A stretch of 64,000 nt of DNA. Source: Bugula neritina (lineage: Eukaryota; Animalia; Bryozoa). The stretch covers positions 682,001-746,000 of the forward strand of contig OZ037768.1 in assembly GCA_964035545.1 (NCBI GenBank). The letters are read 5' to 3'. Below the pieces are notes generated by a model. That model ran no database searches, had not been told where the DNA came from, and worked only from the letters and a program-made list of their open reading frames with translations. The translations under genes were made by a program, and so were the position numbers. This document shows positions 26,921 to 40,300 of the stretch, piece after piece; positions within the stretch are counted from its first letter, which is position 1; every line of letters starts with the position of its first letter.

Positions 26921-28389
26921 CGGAGAGACTGCTTGAAGCTACATCCTGTCTTTAATGAGCGCGTCTCGGGCATTCTGGGTGAATATCATTACATTACGTC
27001 CCCCAAATATAGCCGCACTACAAACATTATCAGAATAAATGTTATGTGGTGTAAATTTGAAACAAAGCTCTCAATTAATATTTGTAGAGTATTTTCAGCC
27101 TGACCATTTTATGTTTTACCTAAATTTAGTTTAAGTTTTCAGAAATACGTGATTCTCAATACAACTTCTGTAGCATAGTTGCAGTAACAAATATACTAAT
27201 CAATGTTATAATGTTATTTAATCTAATTTTAAAATAATATGCAAGAGTTGACAACTACATATTATATCTTCAAAATATATTATATTCCATAAATACCAAC
27301 TATTATGGCTTATAGAGTGATACTCACCAAGTCTTCACAGCTAAAAGCTAGAAAGAGGGATATATCCACAGTAAGTGCCCCTCACACAGCTATTGCTATG
27401 TTAACAATGCCACATCATTATAAATAGAACTAGACATAACAGGTGCATTGGCCAATCACAGGCCTGAATTACCAAACTCTGCTACCTGATTGGTCTGTGG
27501 AATTACATATCTGGACCAAATTGATGAAAAACTTATAAAGAAAATAGGATATGTTTTCCTTTAGTCAAAAATAGAATGTTTTATAGTTTGCTTCAATTGT
27601 TTCCAATTCATTTACATTATATTTCATATTAATTAAATTAGCTACTTACAAATATTAATATAGCTTATAAATATAGAAAGTAACACGTCTGAGAAGTTGT
27701 CCTTTCACGAAGACTTGGTTGAACTCATGATATTTTATACTTAGTATTTTAGTGAAATAAACACTGTTGTATGCATGCCAATGATGAATGAACACTACCA
27801 AATAGGTGAACTTATAATTCTTTCCAGAAACATTATACGTCTAGCCTGTTTACATCTCAGAGTAAAATATTCAGGAAGTGATGCTTTCCATTATACAGTA
27901 AAAAATAATCAGAGTTTGATTTTTTTTAAAACTTAGATAATAGATAGTAGCTTTATTTGTATTATATATATTTTATTTATAATATAGTTGATACTACAAA
28001 AGTCTACATTATATTATAACTATAACATCTTATATCATAATTATAACATAATACGTTATACAATCATATAGTCATATAATCTAAAGCCTTTATAACTGGA
28101 CGGAATACAGGTTTGAGAAGTGAGAGCATTAGTGGGATAACTCCCAGTGTAAAACTAGCATCTGACACAAATAAATATAAATACAATCACAACACATGCC
28201 AACTACACAACTTAAGTAGCACAAGAACTCAACACAAGAACTAAAGCTGGGTGGGCGATACACACAGCCACTATAAAATGTATAAAAGATAAGTTAAAAC
28301 AGAGGCTATTTCTGTTCGACACTTCCTGGAGCAGTTGCGGGTGGGTAACAACACGACTTTATAAATGTATAAAAATAAAAGCAGGAACC

Positions 28390-31300
28390 CTAGCTATCCT
28401 GCAAGATGGCGATTCTTTGTTTCAAAGTGTTGACTTGATTCTTCAGAGAGTTGACTGTCGCCTCCAGCTGCTCTCTTGCATCTGAAGGTATTAAACCTCT
28501 CATTTTCTCCTCGTATTCCAGTCTCAGCTGAACAAGATCTTCTTCATGATCAGCCAGTAAGTTCTGTGAACAGAATAATAATATTACAGTGTAACTAGTA
28601 CTCAGTACAACTCAGTACAACTCAGTACAACTCAGTACAACTCAGTACAACTCAGTACAACTCAGTACTACTCAGTACTACTCAGTACAACTCAGTGCTA
28701 CTCAGTACTACTCAGTACTACTCAGTACAACTCAGTACAACTCAGTACAACTCAGTACAACTCAGTACAACTCAGTACAACTCAGTACAACTCAGTACAA
28801 CTCAGTACAACTCAGTACTACTCAGTACTACTCAGTACTACTCAGTACTACTCAGTACTCAGTACTACTCAGTACTACTCAGTACTCAGTACTACTCAGC
28901 ACAACTCAGTACTACTCAGTAAAACTCAGTACAACTCAGTACAACTCTGGGACTAAACCAGCCCACATTCAGTTTAGGAAATAAAAAGATTGTGAAAGTT
29001 TGTCAGCTGTCAATGTGAATAAGCTGACTCTAGCTCCTGATTGGACAGAATAAGCTGACTCTAGCTCCTGATTGGACAGAATACGCTGATTCATACCTCA
29101 CTATTGCGCTCAGACTGACGTAGTTTCGTCTTCAACATCTCCACTTCCTGTTTCAACACCATCACTGTGGAGGCTGACTGTTTCCTCAGAGACTTCTTTT
29201 CCTCTTCAAATCTACATTCAAGGTACAGAGGCTACGTGTGTTAGTCTGAGAGAATACTACAGGTACAGAGGCTACGTGTGTTAGTCTGAGAGAATACTAC
29301 AGGTACAGAGGCTATGTGTGTTAGTCTGAGAGAATACTACAGGTACAGAGGCTATGTGTGTTAGTCTGAGAGAATACTACAGGTACAGAGGCTATGTGTG
29401 TTAGTCTGAGAGAATACTATAGGTACAGAGGCTATGTGTGTTAGTCTGAGAGAATAGTACAGGTACAGAGGCTATGTGTGTTAGTCTGAGAGAATACTAC
29501 AGGTACACAGGCTATGTATGTCAAATGACTGCTATTCAATATAACACTTCAGTAAGGAACGTTAATGAGAGTTAACAAGAGTACAGAATGGTACAATAGA
29601 ATTAGGAAGTTAATTACGTGGAAATACAGAGTATGTCAGAATTTGGTTAAATATCTGCAACTAGGAACTTGACACATTTTAATGAAACACTTGCATGGAA
29701 ATACATATCTATATCAATATATCAATATACCTGTGTACCTGTATCAATGTATTTTTATCAACAGGCTTATTAGAAGATAGATTGATTTGAATACTTAACC
29801 ACTATTCCATATCCTATTATTTAAATTAGAATTTAAAAGATATCAATTTACAGTTCATAAGACGATGCACGAGCACACCTTAAATTGCTTTTTGTTTCAA
29901 TTTCCACCAAAAATAAATTGGACATGAAGTAATAATGCAACTTGACACATCTATAGGCCTAGACTGAATAACATGCTACAATGACCTGTTAGCACCTGCA
30001 AGCCTAGACTAAGGTAATATGCTACAATCACCTGTTGGAGTTGTCTACTATTCTGCTCTCTAATTTGTCTGTCAGCTGATGCTTATCCGCTTGGCATTGT
30101 TCCAGCTGCAGCTGAAGGTCTGCTACCTGCTCCGCCTGCTTAGCGAGTCTCTGAGAGTAGTCGCTCTCTGGAAGAAGAGGAAATATTTGTTAACCCTTTG
30201 ACTACCAGCTGTATTTCACCTCGTGTACAAGTTAACAGACACTAAAACCTTGGGTATAAAGTAAAAGCCTTCCTGGTAGCATTTTGGAGCTCATAGAAAA
30301 AGTTGAAACCAATGAGTCATACCATAACATTCAATATCAATGAGAGATGCCAACCAATGACACAAGCTCACAGCTTTGTGTGTTACAGTATAATCTAATA
30401 TCTAATAGTTTTCAGTAGTGACATAAATAGGATAGGAATATGTTGTTAGGGATATGTTGCTAGGGATATGTTGCTAGGGATAATAACCTAAGTTCTTGAG
30501 TCTGGTGTTGGTCTTGTCAATGTTAGCCTCAAGATCTGCAGAATGCTGCTTCTGTAGACTGTGTTTCTCACGCTCACACTCACTCTTGAACCTCTCAATG
30601 GCTCTCTCGTGTTCGTGCTTCATTCTCTGCGTTTCTTCTTCCTTCACCAAACCTTCAATACAAATACCGTCACTATCCATGGTAACCACACACTGTAACC
30701 ATGGTAACTACACACTGTACCCATGGTAACCACACAATGTAACCATGGTAACTACACATTGTAACCATGGTAACCACACACTGTAAACATGGTAACTACA
30801 CACTGTAACCATGGTAACTACACACACTGTAACCATGGTAACCACACACACTGTGACCATGGTAACTAGACATTGTAACCATGGTAGCCACACACACTGT
30901 AACCATGGTAACCATACACATTGTCACCATGGTAACCACACACACTGCCACCATGGTAACTAGACATTGTAACCATGGTAGCCACACACACTGTAACCAT
31001 GGTAACAACACACACTATAACCATGGTAACTCACCGAGCTCCATAAGCTGCTGTTTTCTCAGGTTCTCAGACTGAGCCAATTCCTCCTTCAGCTCATGGA
31101 CCTGGTCTGAGAGTTCACCTGAAACACAACACAGTGACTACTCAGTAATAGTCACTAACTAATCACTCACTGTCAGTGACTACTCAGTTATAGTCACTAA
31201 CTAATCACTCACAGTCAGTGACTACTCACCTACAGTCAGTGACTGATACTGTGCAAACACTCAGTACTCAGTTATAGCCAACAGAGTGTTGAATAGTATA

Positions 31301-34300
31301 AGCAGAAGACAATGTTTAGCCTTAAAGAAAGCTATCAAGGAACACATTTGTCCTGCAACATCAAAGACTCAGTAAATGTTAAACTCTCTAATGATATACA
31401 GTTGATACTTGGTTTATCAAACACTCACTCGATTTAGTCTCAAAGTCAGACTTTCTCTGTTTTAGACTTTTCTCTAGCTGATCTTTCTCTGCCTTACTGT
31501 TCTTCTTCAGCAGCTCCAGTTCCTACAGAGTACAACATGTGACTTACTCTAAATATACAGAGTACATCATGTGACTTACTCTAAATATACAGAGTACATC
31601 ATGTGACTTACTCTAAATATACAGAGTACATCATGTAACTTACTCTAAATATACAGAGTACATCATGTAACTTACTCTAAATATACAGAGTACATCATGT
31701 GACTTACTCTAAATATAGAGAGTACATCATGTAACTTACTCTAAATATACAGAGTACATCATGTAACTTACTCTAAATATACAGAGTACATCATATAACT
31801 TACTCTAAATAGACAGAGTACATCATGTGACTTACTCTAAATACACAGAGTACATCATGTAACTTACTCTAAATATACAGAGTACATCATGTAACTTACT
31901 CTAAATATACAGAGTACATCATGTGACTTACTCTAAATAGACAGAGTACATCATGTAACTTACGCTAAATATACAGAGTACATCATGTAACTTACTCTAA
32001 ATATACAGAGTACATCATGTAACTTACTCTAAATAAACAGAGTACATCATGTGACTTACTCTAAATATACAGAGTACATCATGTGACTTACTCTAAATAG
32101 ACAGAGTACATCATGTAACTTACGCTAAATATACAGAGTACATCATGTAACTTACTCTAAATATACAGAGTACATCATGTAACTTACTCTAAATATACAG
32201 AGTACATCATATAACTTACTCTAAATAGACAGAGTACATCATGTGACTTACTCTAAATACACAGAGTACATCATGTAACTTACTCTAAATATACAGAGTA
32301 CATCATGTAACTTACTCTAAATATACAGAGTACATCATGTAACTTACTCTAAATAGACAGAGTACATCATGTGACTTACTCTAAATAGACAGAGTACATC
32401 ATGTGACTTACTCTAAATAGACAGAGTACATCATGTGACTTACTCTAAATATACAGAGTACATCATGTAACTTACTCTAAATAGACAGAGTACATCATAT
32501 AACTTACTCTAAATATACAGAGTACATCATGTAACTTACTCTAAATAGACAGAGTACATCATGTGACTTACTCTAAATATACAGAGTACATCATATAACT
32601 TACTCTAAATATACAGAGTACATCATGTAACTTACTCTAAATATACAGAGTACATCATATAACTTACTCTAAATATACAGAGTACATCATGTAACTTACT
32701 CTAAATAGACAGAGTACATCATGTGGCTTACTCTAAATATACAGAGTACGTCATGTGACTTACTCTAAATATACACAGTACAGCATGTAACTTACTCTAA
32801 ATAGACAGAGTACATCATGTGACTTACTCTAAATATACAGAGTACATCATGTGACTTACTCTAAATATACAGAGTACATCATGTGACTTACTCTAAATAT
32901 ACACAGTACATCATGTGACTTACTCTAAATATACAGAGTACAACATGTGACTTACTCTAAATATAGAGAGTACAACATGTAACTTACTCTAAATATACAG
33001 AGTACATCATATAACTTACTCTAAATATACAGAGTACATCATGTAACTTACTCTAAATAGACAGAGTACATCATGTGGCTTACTCTAAATATACAGAGTA
33101 CGTCATGTGACTTACTCTAAATATACACAGTACAGCATGTAACTTACTCTAAATAGACAGAGTACATCATGTGACTTACTCTAAATATACAGAGTACATC
33201 ATGTGACTTACTCTAAATATACAGAGTACATCATGTGACTTACTCTAAATATACACAGTACATCATGTGACTTACTCTAAATATACAGAGTACAACATGT
33301 GACTTACTCTAAATATAGAGAGTACAACATGTAACTTACTCTAAATATACAGAGTACAACATGTAACTTACTCTAAATATACAGAGTACATCATGTAACT
33401 TACTCTAAATATACAGAGTACATTGTAACTTACTCTAAATATACAGAGTACATCATGTAACTTACTCTAAATATACAGAGTACATCATGTGACTTACTCT
33501 AAATATACAGAGTACATTGTAACTTACTCTAAATATACAGAGTACATCATGTGACTTACTCTAAATATACAGAGTACATCATGTGACTTACTCTAAATAT
33601 ACAGAGTACATTGTAACTTACTCTAAATATACAGAGTACATCATGTGACTTACTCTAAATATACAGAGTACAACATGTAACTTACTCTAAATACACAGAG
33701 TACATCATGTGACTTACTCTAAATACACAGAGTACATCATGTGACTTACTCTAAATATACAGAGTACATCATGTGACTTACTCTAAATATACAGAGTACA
33801 TTGTAACTTACTCTAAATATACAGAGTACATCATGTGACTTACTCTAAATATACAGAGTACAACATGTAACTTACTCTAAATACACAGAGTACATCATGT
33901 GACTTACTCTAAATATACAGAGTACATCATGTAACTTACTCTAAATATACAGAGTACATCATGTAACTTACTCTAAATATACAGAGTACATCATGTGACT
34001 TACTCTAAATATACAGAGTACATTGTAACTTACTCTAAATATACAGAGTACATCATGTGACTTACTCTAAATATACAGAGTACATCATGTGACTTACTCT
34101 AAATATACAGAGTACATTGTAACTTACTCTAAATATACAGAGTACATCATGTGACTTACTCTAAATATACAGAGTACAACATGTAACTTACTCTAAATAC
34201 ACAGAGTACATCATGTGACTTACTCTAAATACACAGAGTACATCATGTAACTTACTCTAAATACACAGAGTACATCATGTGACTTACTCTGAATACACAA

Positions 34301-37300
34301 GATAAAGTAAGTAGAATGGCGAGACAGTTGAATGACTCATACCTGTTTGTGGGCGAAGACGAGGTGCTCCGTCTGCTGCTGGTGGGAGCCAATCAGCTTT
34401 GACTTGCTGTCTTCATACGACTGCGAGATGGACTTGAGCTCCCTCTCGTGTGCCGCAGCAATCTCCTTCACGTGCTTCTCGAACTCGTCTGTTTGCTCGC
34501 GACGTGCCTGTTTGGATTTCTCCAACTCCACTTCCACCTGGGAGACAAACAGACAGATAAACAGTGTACCACTAGCAGACACACAGAGAGACAGACAGAT
34601 ATACAGACAGACATCATACCATGAAAATTGATGCAGCAATATATTGCAGCACTGTTGAATGTCTGGACACACGGAATGTAAAGAACAAATTTACTAGCAA
34701 CAATTTTATGAAATACAATCAGCACATTCTTTCATTAGCTTTCATGAATGCAGTGTGTTATCTCAGACTACACTACACTTACACACACTTACACTACACT
34801 ACACTTACACTACACTACACTACACTTACACTACACTTACCTGCTGCATCTGCTGCTTCATCTCAGAGAAGACCTGCTCCTGCTGTTTCTCTACCTGCTG
34901 CCTCAGCTCCTGCAGACTACTTTCAGCCTGACTGGCTTGTGCTGTCAGATGCTCCTGCAAAACATAAGAATTATCTCCCCTACTCTTCAAATAAATATGA
35001 GAATTATCTCCTCTACTTTTCAAATAAATATGAGAATCATCTCCCCTACACAGCATAGCAGTTTGACAACCCATGCACCTCCCCCCTGAGATCATGCAGT
35101 ATGAATAATAGCGAGTTACTCATAATTACTTTCGGCTCATGGTGACCTGATAACACCTTCCCCCCTTCCGGTACCAATTTCTCGCAGGAAACCTAGCTAG
35201 TCCACGGGGATCTCAACGTACAAACCTGTAGCCTTTCAGCGTCTTTCTCTTTCTCAGATATCAGTTTCTCTAAAGCCTTGGTTCTCTTTTTGTTATCGGA
35301 CTCCTGCTGCTCCATCTCCTTATGTAAACTCCGGATCTGTGAGGAACAACAACCACATTTTATTACCTGGTGTGACATAAAGCTAACATCTCTGTAGTGT
35401 GTAATGTATAGTGTAGTGTATAATATACAGTGTAGTATATAATGTATAGTGTAGTATATAATGTATAGTGTAGTATATAATGTATAGTGTAGTATATAAT
35501 GTATAGTGTAGTATATAATGTATAGTGTAGTATATAATATACAGTGTAGTATATAATATACAGTGTAGTATATAATGTACAGTGTAGTATATAATGTACA
35601 GTGTAGTATATAATGTACAGTGTAGTATATAATGTATAGTGTAGTGTGTAATGTATAGTGTAGTGTGTAAAGTATAGTGTAGTATATAATGTATAGTGTA
35701 GTATATTATAATGTATAGTGTAGTATATAATGTATAGTGTAGTATATAATGTATAGTGTAGTATATAATGTATAGTGTAGTATATAATGTATAGTGTAGT
35801 ATATAATGTATAGTGTAGTATATAATGTATAGTGTAGTATATAATGTATAGTGTAGTATATAATGTATAGTGTAGTATATAATGTATAGTGTAGTATATA
35901 ATGTATAGTGTAGTATATAATGTATAGTGTAGTATATAATGTATAGTGTAGTATATAATGTATAGTGTAGTGTGTAATGTATCGTGTAGTGTGTAAAGTA
36001 TAGTGTAGTATATAATGTATAGTGTAGTATATTATGTATAGTGTAGTATATAATATACAGAGTAGTATGTGATGTATAATGTAGTATATAATACTGTAGC
36101 ATGTAATGTACAGTATAGTAACAGACATAACTGTAGAGTGTGATGTATAGTAGAGTAACAAAACAAAGAAGGTGTTGTAGATGTTAAGGTGACTTACAGT
36201 TAACTTACAGATGTCCAGTGACTTACCTTTTTGTCATGCAGATTGTCGGTATGTTGTTTATCTTGTTGGTATGACTGCTCCATCTCCCTCACCTGTCTCT
36301 GTCTGAGAGTTTCTGCATCTTGTAGGTTCTGTGGAGAGTAAAGAGTATATGCAGGTATATAGTATACAGGTAGAGAGTATACAGGTAGAGTATACAGGTA
36401 GAGAGTATACAGGTAGATAGTATACAGGTAGATAGTATACAGGTAGATAGTATACAGGTAGAGAGTATACAGGTAGAGAGTATACAGGTAGATAGTATAC
36501 AGGTAGAGAGTATACAGGTAGAGAGTATGCAGAGTAGAGAGTATACAGAGTAGAGAGTATACAGGTAGAGAGTATATACAGGAAAAGAGTATACAGGTAT
36601 ACAGGTATACAGGTAGAGAGTATAATATATCACCTGTTTGAGTTGAATTAGCTGTTGCTCCAGGGACAGGATAGTGTCGTTATCTTTAGTGACTGTCAGC
36701 TGATGCTCTTTCCTAGCAAAGTTCAGCTGACTTTCATGTTTCTCTTGAAGTAACTCTTTAGAGTGGTGATGGTCTTCTAGAATCTTCTTATGCTCCCGAT
36801 CTGTATCCACATATATAGTATACATATCACCACTGTACCATGTATACACTACATATATTACTATTCTATCTGACGGGGTTGACCTTACTCAAGGTCATAC
36901 TACGTGATGTAGTGATTAACTCACCGAGCTGATCATACTTGAGTTTATATTCCGTGTAGTCAGCAGTAAGCTGGTCTGCTCTCGCCTCCAACTCAATGTT
37001 CACCTGCTCCAGGTGCTGCTTGGCACTGCTGACTTTCTCAGCGTCTAAAGTCAGCACTTGTATTCTCTTCTCCAGATCTCTTATGGTATCAGCTTCAACA
37101 CAGCATAGTATAGTATAGCATAGTATAGTATCAGCTTCAACACAGCATAGTATAGTATAGTATAGTATAGTATAGTATAGTATAGTATAGTATAGTATAG
37201 TATAGTATAGTATAGTATAGTATTAGTATTAACACAGCACAGCATAGTATAGTATGGTATCAGCTTCAACACAGTATAGTATAGTATAGTATCAGCTTCA

Positions 37301-40300
37301 ACACAGTACAGTATAGTATAGTATCAGCTTCAACATAGTATAGTATAGTATAGTATCAGCTTCAACACAGTACAGTATAGTATAGTATGGTATCAGCTTC
37401 AACACAGTATAGTATAGTATAGTATAGTATAGTATAGTATAGTATAGTATAGTATAGTATCAGCTTCAACACAGTATAGTATAGTATGGTATAGTATAGT
37501 ATAGTATAGTATATCACCAACATACTGGACACAGTACATACAATGTAGAGCACACAAAACTATAACAGGAAGTAACCCAATTACCCATAGACTTGCTCTG
37601 CTTCCTGTAGTCCTCCTCCATCTTGGAGAGCCTCTCACTCGTGTCATCCATGAGTTGCTGTATGCTGGCCGTCTGCGCCTTCTGCAGCTCAATCTTCTCC
37701 TGCTCGTGCTCCGTCTGCAAGTCGTGGAACTTCTTCTCCAAACTGTTGGTTTTAGATATGCTTGTCTCCTCAGCCATTTTCTTCAACTCATTTATCTGGA
37801 TGTCTTTATTCTCTCTCACAATCTGAGCATCTCTCAGCACGGTTTGCACTTTCTTCTCTAACTTGCTAGTCTCTTCCTCTGAGACCTCCAGTTTACGCTT
37901 GTACTGTGACTTTACTTCGTCTATCTCGGCGTTCTTACGGTCTAATATCTACAGTAATATAATCATATATATCTACAAGTGCACTGTAATATAATCATAT
38001 ACATGTCTTATAATCATATATATATATATATATCTACAAGTACACTGTCATATAATAATATAATCCCACCTTCTGAATCTCAGCGTCGTTCTTCTGCTGC
38101 ATACGCAGCTTCTCCTCGTGCAGCTGATTCTCTATAATCTTCACTTTCATCTCCACTTCCCGGTCGAAGTTCCTGTCGAGCTGACGAGCCTGCTCTCTGA
38201 TGTAGACGGGAGATCTAGAGTAGCGGCTGAGACGGGGAGACCGGGCAGACTGTCTGGTGGGGGAGCGAGTCTCCGCCTTCACGGGAGACCGGGCCAGCTG
38301 TCTGGAGGGTGAGTGAGACCGACCCAGCTGTCTGGAGGGTGAGTGAGACCGACCCAGCTGTCTGGAGGGAGAGCCAACACTCTGCCGAGGGGGTGACCTG
38401 AAGGAGTTATCATTCAATAGAACTTCTAGCGTAGACACAGGAAACAGAATAACAGGTGGACCTGGGGAACCTCACAGTGCAGAGGTAAAGGTTACCTTGT
38501 TCTGTGAGTTGGAGTTTTCTAACCTATAATAACTCAAATAGTTTCATATTAATTGGGCAAAAACTTATAGCGAATGCCTGGAAATTCTCCATGTTTTAGT
38601 ATATAGCAGTTAGTACCCCCCCCCCACCCAGTAAGAAGCCCTCACCCAGAAAGAAGCCCTACACCACAGAAAGTTAAGGCATGACATGCTGTTGAGCTGC
38701 GAAAAGCAGGAGTTTACCTTTCCAGCTGCCTTAAGGACAAAATGGCCACTCGTAGCGGCCCTAACAAACTTTCATATCTAAATAACAAATAGTTACCATG
38801 GCAATCTAACTTTAAATATTGAGCAGGCAAATTCACTCAACTTCAAACACTTATACATCCTACAAACAATTCCCTGCATGCCTATCTCTCCTCTCATTGG
38901 CTACAGGATAAACTGACAACACCCAACACCTGCTGAGACACAATACATAATAATACTCTACACACACTCATGTTTATAATTTGCTTCATCTACTGAAGCT
39001 AGACACAACACAGACAGACAATGTACAGATAATATCTGATTCTGCAGTGAATGGTTTCAGTCAGGAATATATTGATTCAGAGTTGTCTTCTACATGGTGT
39101 ACAGAGAGAGAAGACAAATCTGGTGTCACACACACACTCTAGTAAGAGAGTTGTGTCATGCAGAGACTGACCTGTGGGAGGTCCTGTCAGAGGAAGAGGC
39201 GTGGTCACTCTGATAGAAGCCGTCTCTGCGCCGTCTCTGGTTGGCCTCAGAGTCCTCCTCGTCGGATGAGAACTGAAATGATGCCGGGGCAGCGACTCTT
39301 CTGTTGGTGACTTCGTCCAGAGGGGAAGTGTATCCGGACTTGCCTGGGAACGTCACCTGCTGAGTATTACATGACAGTACGTCACATGACAGTACGTCAC
39401 ATTACAGTATGTCACATGACAGTATGTCACATGACAGTATGTCACATGACAGTATGTCACATGACAGTACGTCACATGACACGAGTAACACACAACTGAC
39501 CTACAGCATGACGTGATGACCTACCGTCAGCGCTGACCTCTTCTTATTTGGACTCCTCAACCTGCTGCCGCTAGCCTGAGAAGGAGCGTGGCCGTTCACC
39601 CTCTGCTGACGTCCCAAACCAAGCAGCTCCTCATCTTCAGTAGACTGCTGCCCGGCCGTAGCACTCGCTGTCTGGTGAGCCAACAGCTCCTCCAGTTTCT
39701 CTCTGGCAGCGTGTCTGGCAGCGCTATGATCCGTCTCCGCAGACCTCCTGGAGGGGGAAGGGTACTTTGCGTAACCGAAATCTCCAGCTCCTCCAACCAC
39801 AGATGATTGGTCGTCTAAGTCAGCCAACCAATCAGGTACATTCTCTGAGGGTGTGACAACTTCCTCGTCTCTTAAATATTCTCCCTGAATAATAGATTCG
39901 GCATTGTATACTCACACTACACTGTATATATACTATGATATACCTACACTATACTGTATATATACTATGATATACTCACACTATACTGTATATATACTAT
40001 GATATACCTACACTATACTATATATATACTATGATATACTCACACTATACTGTATATATACTATGATATACTCACACTATACTGTATATATACTATGATA
40101 TACCTACACTACACTGTATATATACTATGATATACCTACACTATACTGTATATATACTATGATATACCTACACTATACTGTATATATACTATGATATACC
40201 TACACTGTACTGTATATATACTATGATATACCTACACTGTACTGTATATATACTATGATATACCTACACTATACTGTATATATACTATGATATACTCACA

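Noticed and set aside
35383-36161. 239-aa and 151-aa Tyr/Ile/His-rich ORFs
   Set aside because: 19-bp intronic minisatellite of CEP112.
38496-38523. Possible 28-nt CEP112 microexon
   Set aside because: Its phase-0 end fits no downstream acceptor; the flanking exons already join in phase 2.
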